Source of the DNA: Vulcanimicrobiota bacterium
GTDB lineage: Bacteria; Vulcanimicrobiota; Vulcanimicrobiia; Vulcanimicrobiales; Vulcanimicrobiaceae
Direction of reading: 5' to 3'
NCBI GenBank assembly: GCA_963723515.1
Contig: CAVRQT010000003.1
Span: 224,001 to 288,000 of the forward strand
Length of the DNA: 64,000 nt
The notes below the pieces were generated by a model. It was given only the letters and a program-made list of their open reading frames with translations, searched no databases and had not been told where the DNA came from. Position 1 is the stretch's first letter; each line of letters starts with the position of its first letter. Shown here one piece after another: positions 22,400-33,025 of the stretch. The translations under genes and the position numbers were made by a program.

Positions 22400-23700
22400 T
22401 GCGCAGCGCCCGCGCTCTGGGCGCCATCGCTTTATGTGCCGGCCTCACGCTGGCGCTTCTTTCGAACGTTCAACGGCCTTGCGCGGCGGCCGTCGAGCGA
22501 ACGCAACTGCCGAACGGCAGCGCGCTGATCTTGCGGCGCGACGCTGCCGTACCGATGGTGGCGATCGAACTGTGGTATCGCGCTCCCTCGATCGGTTTCC
22601 ACGCGCCAATTGTCGGTTTATCACGCTACGCCGCAACGGCGATAGCGGCGTCAGCGCAAGGGCGTTCGCTTTCGCTAAGTCAGCTGATCAAGAGTTTGGG
22701 CGGCCGCTTTGTGATCAACGCCTATGCAGACGCCGTTTCGATCGCCGCATCGGTTGCGGCAAACGATCAAAGCCGCGTCTTTCGCGCGTTGACGCAAGCC
22801 TACTTTACCCCGCAGATCTCAGCGCAAGGAATGCGTGCGGCACTGCGTGAGGTCGCGGTCGCCGGCACGCAGCAGCAGCTCGATCCCCAGGCGACGCTGC
22901 ACGATGCGCTCTTCGCGCAATTGTTTACCGGCGGCCCGGCCCACTACGCCGCGGTTCCTGTGAGTGCCAATGCGCTCACACACGTTTCGCCCACCGAGCT
23001 GAAATCGTTTGCGGCGCGCGCGTTTCGATCGACGAATGCGATCGTGACCGTCGCCGGCGACGCAGCCGGCAACGTCGCGCCGGAAGTTACCGGCCGGCGT
23101 TCCGGTCTGGCGATGGAGAATCCGGTTGACTCAATTCGGGCGTCCGGGCCAACGACGACGAGCCGGTCGTACGGCGAAGACGCGATCGGCTATGCGTGGC
23201 TCGGCCCACCGATCCGTGACGTGAAAGCAGCCACGGCGCTCGACTTTATCGCAGATTACCTCTTTCGCGCGGAGAGCGGAACGGTTGCACGAATGAGCCG
23301 CAACGATGCACCGGATTCCTTTCTGTCCGGCCAATTTATCACACTGCACGATCCGGGTGTGATGGTCGTTGACATGTCCGGCAAGCAACTCGATCAGCTT
23401 CAGGCGCATGTCGACGACCAACTTCAGCAGATCAAACGTCCGCTGGCGCAGCATGCGTTCGACCAAGCACGCGTCGCATTCGAATACCACATCTTGACCG
23501 ATACGGAATCACCGCTCGCGATGGCTGACAATTTCGGGTGGTACGCCGTGGAGGGCGATCCGCTTTACGCGCCGAGTGACGACGGCGCGAAATACTTGCA
23601 GACGATGCAGTCGCTTGATCCCGGCTACGTTGCGCGCATCGCGCAACAATATCTCGGCACGCCGACGATCGTGCGGTTGCGGGCGAGCGCGCAGAAATGA
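22396..23700 (+). CDS. Secreted M16 (insulinase)-fold protein lacking HxxEH
   Basis: Signal peptide; LPNG...V.IELWY...S; GLSRYAA in place of G.AH..EH; LKSF....F...NA.VTVAGD. Confidence 0.7.
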   Translation: MMRSARALGAIALCAGLTLALLSNVQRPCAAAVERTQLPNGSALILRRDAAVPMVAIELWYRAPSIGFHAPIVGLSRYAATAIAASAQGRSLSLSQLIKSLGGRFVINAYADAVSIAASVAANDQSRVFRALTQAYFTPQISAQGMRAALREVAVAGTQQQLDPQATLHDALFAQLFTGGPAHYAAVPVSANALTHVSPTELKSFAARAFRSTNAIVTVAGDAAGNVAPEVTGRRSGLAMENPVDSIRASGPTTTSRSYGEDAIGYAWLGPPIRDVKAATALDFIADYLFRAESGTVARMSRNDAPDSFLSGQFITLHDPGVMVVDMSGKQLDQLQAHVDDQLQQIKRPLAQHAFDQARVAFEYHILTDTESPLAMADNFGWYAVEGDPLYAPSDDGAKYLQTMQSLDPGYVARIAQQYLGTPTIVRLRASAQK

Positions 23701-25030
23701 AGGCCCGCTTTCAGAGCCGCACTCCTTATGCGTGAGCGCAGTGTCGATCGTATTGGCCGCCCTGCACCCGGCAAATGCGGCGCCCGTCATCACGCAAAGC
23801 GCCTATGACGGAGCCAGACTCGTTCAGCAGCCGGACCGGTTGAGCGCCTTGATCGGCATGCAGCTCTTCATACCGGCTGGACTCGACCGCCAAACGCCCG
23901 CGGAAAACGGACTGTCGGCGCTCGTCGCCGAGGACCTATTGACCACGCCGGTCGGGCCGGATCGAATGCCGCTGCGCGATGCGCTGCAGGCCGAAGGGCG
24001 GATCGATTACTTACAGCGTTGACGGGCGTTGGATCAGATATTACATCGAAGGGATCAAAGCGAATTTCGGATCGCGCTTGCTGCCGCTTTTCGAAGCGGC
24101 GTTAGCTCATCCGAGTTTCAACGATTCGGCGCTGCTGAGCGCACGCAACGAGCTCGACCGTAAGATCGCGGAGGATGAGGCCGTGCCGCTAACCGTCGGG
24201 CTCGAGATGCTGAACGGCGCATTCTTCACGCAGTCGGATGCGGGATTGCCGCCGTTTGGTTTGCCGGCAACGCTCGCGGCGCTTACGCCGCCCGATGCGC
24301 AACGCTTCTTCACAACGTATTACCGGCGCAACGGTGCCGTCGTCAGCGCGGCAGGCGGTCTCGACGCTTCAGCGCGGCGACGATTTCACTAAGTTGATCG
24401 ACACGTTGCCGGCCGGCAGCACGCGTCCGGTGGCAATCAAGGTGCCGAAGTTGCGTGGCACGCAGCGGCGGCTGGTCGCACAACGAGATATTGCGGTGCC
24501 CTGGCTGGTCGCGCAATTCCCCGCGCCGTCACTGCGCAGCCGAGACTTTGGGGCGATGCTCGTTTTGACCACGTTCTTGGAACGAACGGCATCCGAAGTG
24601 GCCGGCAATCCGACGATCACGACGATACCGTTTACGGATCGTCCGGCCGGGCGCGATGTACAACTTCGATCAGCAGCCGGCGAACGTTGTTCTCTTCATC
24701 AATGGTGGTTTCGGCGATCCGTCTCGACCTTTTGGAACGGCGCTTTCCGTCGTTCAGATTTTCGCCCGCAGCAAAATATCCGGTGATCTCAGCACGATGA
24801 AATCGATTGCCGCCGGAACGTACATCGATGCAGCGGGTTCACTCGAAGATCGCGCTTGGTTTGCCGGAGTCTTTGCTGCGCAAGGCGTCTCGCCCGACTT
24901 CCTCGCACGCGGATTGGATGCGATCCGGACCGTTAAGGCAGCGGATCTGCAGCGCGTGGCACGCGTTTATCTCGGCAATCCAAACGTCGCGCTGGTATTG
25001 CCGCGCGACGGCGCTAACCTTTCTAGCTGA
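23697..25030 (+). CDS. Second secreted M16-fold protein; several frameshifts
   Basis: Pieces in ORFs 23576, 23979, 24238 and 24656: AG...T....GLSAL, F..YY......V..AG, I..V...DLQRVA..YL. Confidence 0.65.
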
Positions 25031-26101
25031 ACGTCGCACTCGTCCATGATTACCTCAATCAGCGCGGCGGCGCCGAGCGCGTCTTCGCGCAGATCGCGCG
25101 GGCTTTTCCGGAAGCGCCGATCTACACGGCGCTTTTCGATGCACGCTTAACCGGCGATCTTTTTCCGGGGCGGACGATCAACGTTTCGCCGCTCGGAAAA
25201 CTTCCGGGCGTCAATCGCTACTTCCGCGCGTTGGCGCCGCTGTATCCGGCAGTTTTTGAAGCCTTCGACCTAAGCGCTTACGATACGATCGTCAGCTCGA
25301 CAACAGCCTGGGCGAAGGGTGTGCGCTTTTCATCAAGCGCCGTGCACGTTTCGTATATCAATACGGTCAGCCGCTTCGTCTTCGCCTACGATCGGCTACA
25401 CGAGCGGGTTCGCGCTGCGCAATCTCGCCCGGCCCGTCATCGCGCAACTCGCGCGGTGGGATCAACGAGCCGCGCAACGGCCCACGATGCTGATCGCAAA
25501 TTCGCACAACGTCGCGGCGCGAATTCGTACGTACTACGGGCGAGAGGCGGAGGTCTTGCACTGTCCGGTCGACCTCGATCGCTTCACCGTTGGAGCCGGC
25601 CGCGGCGATTACTTTGTCATCGCCTCGCGGCTCTTACCCTATAAGAACATCCAGATCGCGATCGATGCTTGCACCGCGGCCGGCGTTCCGTTATTGATCG
25701 CCGGAACGGGTCCGGCGCAATCAATGCTGCAGCGGCACGCGCGCGGTTCAACGACCACAATGCTCGGCTTCGTTGAGGACCGCAAGTTGAACGAGCTGCT
25801 TGGAAACGCGCGCGCTGCGATTGTTCCCGGAGAGGAAGATTTCGGATTGATTCCACTGGAGGCGGCCGCAACCGGAACGCCGACGATCGCCTTGCGCGCC
25901 GGCGGAGCGTTGGAGACGATCAGGGAGCATGAAACCGGTGAATTCTTCGATCGCCCGACGGCGGAATCGTTGCGCACCGTCCTCGATCGTTTTCAACGCG
26001 CCCGCTACGATCCTCAAGTGCTGCGCCGGCATGCCGAAAATTTCTCGCCTGCCATCTTCATCGAACGACTTCAGCAGCTTGTCGCAAGCGCTCGGCGATG
26101 A
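25027..26101 (+). CDS. GT4 glycosyltransferase; CTG start; frameshift near 25395
   Basis: (M)NVALVHDYLNQRGGAERV from CTG at 25027; SRL.PYK, EEDFGLIPLEA.A.GTP.IA. Confidence 0.88.
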
Positions 26102-27083
26102 TCTCGCCGGGTCGCGAGCGGTCGATCCGCGCAGCGCGCGCTAAGGATTCAGCGCGCAACGCCCCGCGTTGCTCCGAACTCGCTGCAATGGCCTTCATCG
26201 CTTCTTGCCATCGCCCCGCGTCGTCAAACGGCAGAAGGAGAGCCGCACCGTCGCATGCTTCGGGCAATCCGCCACGGTCTGCGGCCAGCACGGGTGCGCC
26301 GCACGCCATCGCCTCAACGGCCGGCAAACCGTAGCCTTCATCGCGCGATGGCATCAAAAGGGCGATCGCACCGCTGTATAGAGCCCGCAGCTCCTCATCG
26401 GACGGCGTCACGCGTTCGTACGCCATGGTGGCGCTACCCAGAATGCGCTGATCGGCGATCGAAAGCGTGCCGGCGATGATGAGCTGCACGTCGTGCTTTG
26501 GAAAGGCATGCGCAAATGCCCTGAAGAGCATCGCGGCATTCTTTCGTGCATCTGCGGCTCCGATAAAGAGAAAGTACGGCGCTCGCTCCGGCGGCGCGAC
26601 GGGAAACCAGAAGTTGGACGGCACCGGGCAGGCGATCGTCAAGCGTTCGACCGGGATGCTGAATTGCGCAGCGATCTCACGCGCGGAGAACTCTGAAACG
26701 GTCGTCAACGTCGTCGCCTCGTTGATGGCCCGGTTGATCGGGCGCTGCTCACGGCGACGTGCAAGCGGATTGCGGTGCGGATAGCTGAAGGCGAAGACGT
26801 CGTGAATCGTGGCCACGCTCCCGCCTGTTAAGCGGAAGCGCATGCCGTTCCACGGATACCACGTTGCATCGAACCGGCGGCGTCGCGCTTCGCCGAGCGT
26901 TATGCATTCAGCGCTCTGATTTACGACGCCCGCGATTGCGAAAAGTGCGCGCCGATCCCGAACGACGATCGTGACCAAGGCATCGTTCCGTGCGCTCAAC
27001 GTGTTCAGCACGATGCGCGCGTACCGCCCCATGCCGCGCCGATCCGTCGCGAGATTCAGCCCGTCGACCGCGATGCGCAGCAC
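26058..27083 (-). CDS. GT4 glycosyltransferase
   Basis: RGMGRY, TIHD, RKN, PS..EGYGLPAVEAMACG.PV. Confidence 0.88.
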   Translation of the reverse strand: MLRIAVDGLNLATDRRGMGRYARIVLNTLSARNDALVTIVVRDRRALFAIAGVVNQSAECITLGEARRRRFDATWYPWNGMRFRLTGGSVATIHDVFAFSYPHRNPLARRREQRPINRAINEATTLTTVSEFSAREIAAQFSIPVERLTIACPVPSNFWFPVAPPERAPYFLFIGAADARKNAAMLFRAFAHAFPKHDVQLIIAGTLSIADQRILGSATMAYERVTPSDEELRALYSGAIALLMPSRDEGYGLPAVEAMACGAPVLAADRGGLPEACDGAALLLPFDDAGRWQEAMKAIAASSEQRGALRAESLARAARIDRSRPGEIIAERLRQAAEVVR

Positions 27084-27084
27084 G

Positions 27085-27843
27085 TCAGAAGGCGCTCTTC
27101 GGCGCGATAAAGAGCACGAGAAGCGTGAAGCCATTAAAGCAGGCGTGGGTGATCATCGACATCCATGCGTTTGTCGTCTTGATATAGACGTAGCAGAGAA
27201 TCAGGCCGCCGGCGGTGAGGGGGATCAAGAGAAACGGATCTTGATGCGCGACCGCAAAGAGGCCGCCGCTGACCAGCGCTGCTCCCGAAATCGGCAAGAA
27301 TCGCCGTGCTGCGTTAAAGATGAAGACGCGAAAGGTCAGCTCTTCCGTAATTGGCGCCGCGACCGTCACAACGAGCGTAAAGTACAGTGCAAGCCGGGGA
27401 TTGCGTATCGAGCGAAATATTTGCACCGCTTGCTGTTCGTGCCGCGCGTGCAGAATGGCTTGGACGAGTTGGCCAAGCGCGGCAACGACGACGATCATCG
27501 CCACCGCGCCAGCAAGCGCGACTGCGATTTGCCCGAAGGACGGCCATGTGAAGCCCAGTCGCGCAAACGAATCGCGCCAGAGTGCTCGCAAGATAAAGAG
27601 CACATACGGGGCCAAGAAGACGTAACCGAAAAGCTGCGCGGTCAGTAGCGACCAAAGACTGAGATGCCGCGCATTCAGCGACCCGTGGAACGCAACGATC
27701 AGAAGAAATCCGAATGCGACTCCGGCAATCGCGACGGGGACGATGCCGACCGCAGCGAGGACCGTCCAGGTTGCCTGCTGGCGATCAGTTGTGAAGGTGG
27801 TCGGCGAGGGCGGCGAACTGGGCGAGCTCGAGTTGTTCTCCAC
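27085..27843 (-). CDS. CPBP (CAAX/Abi) family intramembrane protease
   Basis: APITEELTFR, FAVAH, H..FN; multiple TMs. Confidence 0.9.
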   Translation of the reverse strand: MENNSSSPSSPPSPTTFTTDRQQATWTVLAAVGIVPVAIAGVAFGFLLIVAFHGSLNARHLSLWSLLTAQLFGYVFLAPYVLFILRALWRDSFARLGFTWPSFGQIAVALAGAVAMIVVVAALGQLVQAILHARHEQQAVQIFRSIRNPRLALYFTLVVTVAAPITEELTFRVFIFNAARRFLPISGAALVSGGLFAVAHQDPFLLIPLTAGGLILCYVYIKTTNAWMSMITHACFNGFTLLVLFIAPKSAF

Positions 27844-28631
27844 GGACCTCCGGACCTAAACCGATCGATCTGAGCGCCGACGATGTCCGAGCGGGCTCGA
27901 TGTTCAGAGCAAGCCGCAAGCTGTTCGCGAGCGTTTTGCGGCGGTACGCGAAGGCAGCGCGCGTGACCTGCAGCAAAAACCGCGCATCGCTCGTGCGAAC
28001 CGGCGGCTCGCCGTACCGAACCATCCGCACAATCGTTGAATCGACTTTCGGACGCGGGTAAAACGCCGCTGGCGACAGCGTGAACAGGCGCTCAACGCGC
28101 ATCGCGTATTGTACCGCAAGCGTTAAGCTGCCGTATGCGGACGTTGACGGCTTTGCCATGAAGCGGTCTGCAACGTCTTTTTGCAGCATGACGACCATTT
28201 GCTCGGGTCCGCCTGGCATTTCGATCAACCGCAGCAGCAACGGAGTGGCGATGTTATACGGGAGATTTCCCGTTACGCGCCACGGCCGTCCGCCGGCGAA
28301 GGCTTCGTAATCAAAGTGCAGTGCATCGGCTTGAACGATTTCCACCGCTGCGAGTTCCGGATCTGCGCGCAGCAGCCTGACGAGGTCCTCATCGATCTCA
28401 ATCGCCGTAACGGGAAAGATTCGCTTTGACAAGCGCAATCGTCAGCGCGCCTGTGCCCGCACCAATTTCGAGGACGGAAAAACCGCGGTCGCCGTTCGAG
28501 GGCAAGCCGACCAGAGTTGCGATCCGGCGGGCAGCGGATGAATCCAGAAGAAAGTGCTGCCCGAGGTGGCGTTTCGGCCGTGATCCGAGCGCGCGAAAAA
28601 TAGCGCGCGGATGTGTCGGCCTTAGCGCAAT
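27785..28631 (-). CDS. rsmA: 16S rRNA dimethyltransferase; frameshift near 28435; start uncertain
   Basis: P...LGQHFL, LEIG.G.GALT, AIEID, NLPYNI, F.PRPKVDS, F.YRRKTL.N. Confidence 0.93.
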
Positions 28632-29642
28632 CGGTACACCCTAACGGGTCGCCGTCCGAACTGCATCGCATCGCTGAGCGAATTGAAGCCCAAGTCGATG
28701 CGATTACCGACAATCGCCCCGCCGGTATCACCGGCAATCGCAAGACCGTAACCGGGAATGTACAGACGCGTGCCGAGCGGGATGACGCGCGGATCGACCG
28801 CGACGATACCGTGACCGGCTCGCGGACCAATTGCGGTGTAGCCGCTGCAACCGGCGCATTGCGCCGTGTATGCGGTGGCCATCATCGATATAGCGCTTGC
28901 CGCGATGTACGACGTCTTCTCTAGACCGAACTTCGCCATTTGCTCGAACGCGGCGTATTCGCCGATCCCGCGCGCGATAATTCGCGCTCGGGGTTTGCGA
29001 ACGATGCGCGTCGCGATGACGCGATGTTCTGTGACGCCGTCACGTTGTGTGAATCCGACAAGCGTCTCACGCTCCCCGCGACCGCCATGCGCGATGACCT
29101 TGGTTCTGCCCGGCGGCAGGCTGAAGACCAATCGTGTGATCGTCCGCGGCGTGATGGACTGCTGGGTCGCTTTCGTCCATTCGGCGATCCGGATAACGCG
29201 AATGCGCTCTCCCGGGACGAGCGCATCCGAAAACGGCGCCGACACTTCGTCATGCAGGCCGATGTCGACATTCTCGTTTTCAAGCAACGTGCCGACGTCG
29301 ATCGCCGAGGAGAGAACCGTCTTCGAGCCCTGTGAAGTAATGATCGTGACCGGCACCGCGGCGCGGTACGTGATCGATCGTATTATCTGCTACTGCGGTT
29401 GCCAACGATGGCGAAACGTAGTCTGCGTCGGTGACGCCGAGACCGCGTTCTTTGAGAAAGTCGCCGACGGTTTTCGCCGTCGTAACGTGCTGCGTCGTGG
29501 CCCCATTTGAGGTAAACGACACGATGTGTGAGATAACTGCCGCTAGTGAAGCGGCGGGGTGACTGATATTCCCGATCCACAGACCGAGAAAGAGAACGCT
29601 CGCGGCGAGCCAGCTCGCCTTTGAGTGACCGCGTCCTATCAA
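28622..29642 (-). CDS. DUF348-G5-3D domain cell-wall protein (YabE-like); frameshift near 29375
   Basis: TTG start after SD AAAGGAG; ubiquitin-like DUF348 repeats (TVGDFL), G5 segment, 3D domain ATAYT...AVDP.VIPLGT.LYIPGYG..IAGDTGGAI.GNRIDL; adjacent to rsmA. Confidence 0.9.
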
Positions 29643-29719
29643 TCCAACTCCTTTCCTGGTACGACGGGCCCGCAAGGAAGCAGAGCGCGCTAAAAATCGC
29701 GCCGAGTGCAATGCGTGCA

Positions 29720-29835
29720 CGCCTTTAGAGGTTAGTAGTGGTTGACGGATCCGTACGAGGAAACGCCATAAACCATGGGCGGCCGAGCCCCTGAAGGCTG
29801 CGGGCCATACCCTCTAGCGACGGGGCGCCGAAGCG
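29720..29835 (-). promoter_or_regulatory. Candidate divergent c-di-AMP (ydaO/yuaA)-like riboswitch
   Basis: Lies in a ~205-nt leader after TGcTATAGT (29862-29854). The 3' block GAUCCGUCA..CUAACCUCUAAAGGCG resembles the ydaO 3' block; CGCUU/AGGCG and UAGAGG/CCUCUA can pair. GAAUC motifs are absent. Confidence 0.4.
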
Positions 29836-29952
29836 CTCCCGGTAACTCCGGGCACTATAGCACGGCCTCCGCGACCCGCCACTATGCCAAAAGTCGCCCC
29901 ATTTTGCCTGGAGCCATATGAAGACGACCGCCGGCGACATGGTTTAATGAGG

Positions 29953-31101
29953 ATGATGGAGTCCGCTCTGAAGGTCGGTTTCTTCACCGAATGCTACCGT
30001 CCGATCGTCAACGGAGTGGTCGCGTCGGTTGATGCGCTCGCCGACGGGCTGCGGCAGCGGCACCACGAGGTCTATTGCTTCGCTCCGCGAGCGCCGGGCT
30101 ACGCTGAGCGCCCTGGGCCGGTGTTTCGGATGCCGTCTTTGCCCTTGCCGGTGAGAACGCCGTACCGCTTGACGTTGCCGCTGGTCAGCCGCAAGAACCT
30201 CAATGGAATCATCAAGCGGCTATCGATCATCCACGCCCATTCGCCGTTCATCACCGGCTGGATGAGCGTCTGGTACGCCCGTCGTTTCGGCATTCCGCTG
30301 GTTTACACGTATCACACCCAACTCGAACAATACGCGCATTATGTGCCGTTCGATGCAACGGCGATTGCGCGGCTCGCTTCCCGGATCACGCGCTGGTATG
30401 CGAACGCCGCCGATGCGGTCGTCGTACCGACCGCCGCAATGGCCGATCGGCTCGTAGATCTGGGAGTTCGCAGCCGCATCGAAATCGTGCCGAGCGGCAT
30501 CGATTTGCAAGCCTTTGGCGCTGGGCGGCGACGCAAAGAGATTCGGGCGCAGCTCGGCGCCGAGGGAGAAGAACCGCTCGCCTTGACCGTGGGCCGTCTC
30601 GCACGCGAGAAAAACCTCGAACTGATGATCGACGCGCTCGCCGGCGAGCCGGCCTCCAAGGTCCGTCTGGCGATCGTGGGCGAAGGCCCGCATTCCGAAG
30701 CCTTGCGGCGGCATGCCGCGCAGCGAAATGTGGCCGACCGCGTTCGCTTCGTGGGGCACGTCGAGAGCTCGCTATTACCTGACCTGTATGCATCGGCAGA
30801 CGTATTTCTTTTCTCGAGCGTCACCGAGACGCAAGGTATCGTCTTGGCGGAAGCCTTAGCGGCCGGCTGTCCCGTCATTGCGGTCGAGACGCCGCAAACG
30901 CGTGAAGTGCTACACGATGCGGCCGCCTACGTACAAGACGATGCCGGCGAAATGGCGCGCGCATTAGCACTCGTCGCCTGCCCACCCGATTGCGCCTCGC
31001 GCGACCGCTCCAAGGCGGTCGCCATGCAGTTTAGTCGAGAAACACAAGCCGATCGGACGGCGGCATTGTACGAGGACTTGCTCGCCCGGCGCCGGACTTG
31101 A
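29953..31101 (+). CDS. GT4 glycosyltransferase (glycolipid synthase-like)
   Basis: FT..Y.P.VNGV, YTYHT...Y.HY, VGRLAREKN, S.TETQG.VL.EA.A.G.PV. Confidence 0.88.
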   Translation: MMESALKVGFFTECYRPIVNGVVASVDALADGLRQRHHEVYCFAPRAPGYAERPGPVFRMPSLPLPVRTPYRLTLPLVSRKNLNGIIKRLSIIHAHSPFITGWMSVWYARRFGIPLVYTYHTQLEQYAHYVPFDATAIARLASRITRWYANAADAVVVPTAAMADRLVDLGVRSRIEIVPSGIDLQAFGAGRRRKEIRAQLGAEGEEPLALTVGRLAREKNLELMIDALAGEPASKVRLAIVGEGPHSEALRRHAAQRNVADRVRFVGHVESSLLPDLYASADVFLFSSVTETQGIVLAEALAAGCPVIAVETPQTREVLHDAAAYVQDDAGEMARALALVACPPDCASRDRSKAVAMQFSRETQADRTAALYEDLLARRRT

Positions 31102-31126
31102 CTCGAACATACGTTCGATTTACAAT
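31098..31126 (+). promoter_or_regulatory. sigma70 promoter with Gram-positive-type LexA (SOS) box in the spacer
   Basis: TTGACT (31098-31103), 17 nt, TACAAT (31121-31126). The spacer holds CGAAC-ATAC-GTTCG (31104-31117). Confidence 0.88.
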
Positions 31127-31132
31127 GGGTAC

Positions 31133-31573
31133 GTGATCTCCGTGAGGGCGAAAAAGCAATCGGCAAGGAGGATCCAAGCGGTGCTTGGATACAGCGCGGA
31201 TGACCTCGGGAACGGGCTGGCCTACGTCGACCTGCGAACCGCCACGGCGCAACGCGTTGCCCGGGTCGATTTTCCCGTGCACCGGATTCCGGCGCTGGTC
31301 GGACGCGAGGTCGGCTACGCTGCGTTGACTGAGGTTGCGAAACGGCTCGCCGACGCGGGCTTTCACGAAGCTTCCTTTAGAATACCGGATCATGACCTCG
31401 TCGACGACCTCGAGGGGACGGCCGAAGTGCCGGCGGCGCTCTCGTTGCCATACGTGAATCTACGCTGTCAACTGAACCGCTTTCAAACGGCCACGGTCGA
31501 GGCGGACGAGTCGGTCACAGAAGATCTTGCGGCGCGCGCGCGCGCAGAGGTAACGCTTCACGTAGCCGCTTAA
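31133..31573 (+). CDS. Hypothetical protein, probable degenerate RNase H-like fold
   Basis: EVGYAAL..A..G......D..LV..L.G...V...L...Y......LNRF......DLA.RA parallels the type-1 RNase H pattern AEY.AL...GDS.LVV.Q..G...F...AD.LA. Confidence 0.6.
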   Translation: MISVRAKKQSARRIQAVLGYSADDLGNGLAYVDLRTATAQRVARVDFPVHRIPALVGREVGYAALTEVAKRLADAGFHEASFRIPDHDLVDDLEGTAEVPAALSLPYVNLRCQLNRFQTATVEADESVTEDLAARARAEVTLHVAA

Positions 31574-31583
31574 CGACGCGTGG

Positions 31584-32183
31584 GTGCGCGCGTACCGCCG
31601 TCTAAAGCGAAGTACTCTTCCAACGGAAACGATCGCCTGCGCCAAGGCCTTAATCGGCGTCGTGCTCGTGCACGACCACAATCGCGTGCGGCTTGCCGGC
31701 CGAATCGTTGAAACCGAAGCCTACGTCCTCAAAGATCCGGCATCGCACGCTTATCGCGGGCGAAGCTCGCGAAATGCTAGCATGTTCCTTGCGCCGTTTC
31801 ATGCCTACATTTATAAGATCTACGGAACGGCGTTCTGCTTCAACGTGACGACCGAAAGCGAGATGGAAGGCGCGGCGGTCCTCGTGCGTGCTCTCGAACC
31901 GCTCGAAGGTATCCACATCATGATGGAGCGGCGCGGGAGAAGCTCACTTCGTGATCTCTGCCGAGGACCAGGACGCCTCTGCCACGCGCTCGGGCTCGAC
32001 CGGCGTGTAGACGGCGCGGACTTGATTGCAGACTCAGAACTTTGGCTCGCCGACGGCGGTTTCAGCAATGCGCGGGTTCGAAAGAGCAAGCGGATCGGCA
32101 TCACAAAAGCGGCCCACCGGCACCTTCGTTTTTACGAGCCCGGCAGCCAATTCGTCTCTGGGCCGCGGCATCTCTCGCCGTAA
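31584..32183 (+). CDS. mpg: DNA-3-methyladenine glycosylase (AAG/MPG family)
   Basis: GRIVETEAY...DPASH, YIY..YG...CFN, AVLVRALEP, GPGRLC, RIGI. Confidence 0.95.
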   Translation: MRAYRRLKRSTLPTETIACAKALIGVVLVHDHNRVRLAGRIVETEAYVLKDPASHAYRGRSSRNASMFLAPFHAYIYKIYGTAFCFNVTTESEMEGAAVLVRALEPLEGIHIMMERRGRSSLRDLCRGPGRLCHALGLDRRVDGADLIADSELWLADGGFSNARVRKSKRIGITKAAHRHLRFYEPGSQFVSGPRHLSP

Positions 32184-32186
32184 TAG

Positions 32187-32999
32187 ATGAAAGATGACCA
32201 TGCCGCATTTGTCGGTTCGATTCCGCAGTATTACGATCGCATTCTCGTTCCCCTGATTTTTGCGCCATGCGCTGACGATCTGGTTGCGCGCGTCAAGCCA
32301 TGCGCGGCATCACGCGTTCTCGAGCTGGCTTGCGGAACTGGCTCAGTGACAACACGGCTGGCCGAAACGCTTGGGCCGTCGGCACGCATTATGGCGACCG
32401 ATCTCAACGACGCGATGCTGGACGTCGCGCGCTTAAAGCAAATCTCCGGCGCGGCAGTCACATGGCAGCAGGCGGACGCGACGGCGCTTCCTTTTGCAGC
32501 GCGTTCATTCGACGCCGTCGTCTGCCAATTCGGTTGGATGTTTTTCCCGGACAAAGCTCGTGCGATGCATGAAGCGCGTCGAGTGCTCGTCCCGGGCGGC
32601 CGATTGTTCTACACTGTTTGGGATCGCATTGAGTCTTGCCCGGTCTACGACCTTGCGAACGCTGCGGTGCACGCGTGCTTTCGAGCGGATCCACCGACGT
32701 TTCTTCAGACGCCGTTCGGCATGTCGGATCCGGACGTGCATCGCCGCCTCATGGCGGATGCCGGATTCACGGGCGTTTCAATTGACGTTCTGGCGCATAC
32801 CGGTGCGCCGATGAACGCCGCGCGGATGGCCGAAGGCATCGTTCGGGGCGGCCCGCTTGCGACGGAGATCGAGGCGCGCAAAGGGGACGTGGCTGCCGTC
32901 GTTCGCTCCATCGAAGAACGGCTCGAGGACCGTTTCGGACGCGAACCATTCACCTCGCCGATGAAGGCGGTATTCTGCACCGGTTCGGCTCCATCTTGA
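32187..32999 (+). CDS. Class I SAM-dependent methyltransferase
   Basis: VLELACGTG, TDLN..ML, ADA.ALPF...FD.V.CQFG.MF. Confidence 0.9.
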   Translation: MKDDHAAFVGSIPQYYDRILVPLIFAPCADDLVARVKPCAASRVLELACGTGSVTTRLAETLGPSARIMATDLNDAMLDVARLKQISGAAVTWQQADATALPFAARSFDAVVCQFGWMFFPDKARAMHEARRVLVPGGRLFYTVWDRIESCPVYDLANAAVHACFRADPPTFLQTPFGMSDPDVHRRLMADAGFTGVSIDVLAHTGAPMNAARMAEGIVRGGPLATEIEARKGDVAAVVRSIEERLEDRFGREPFTSPMKAVFCTGSAPS

Positions 33000-33025
33000 T
33001 TGCGCACTAAGGCCTATGCTATAGT
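32996..33025 (+). promoter_or_regulatory. Probable rho promoter (extended -10)
   Basis: TTGATT, 18 nt, TATAGT with TG at the extended -10 position. Confidence 0.6.
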
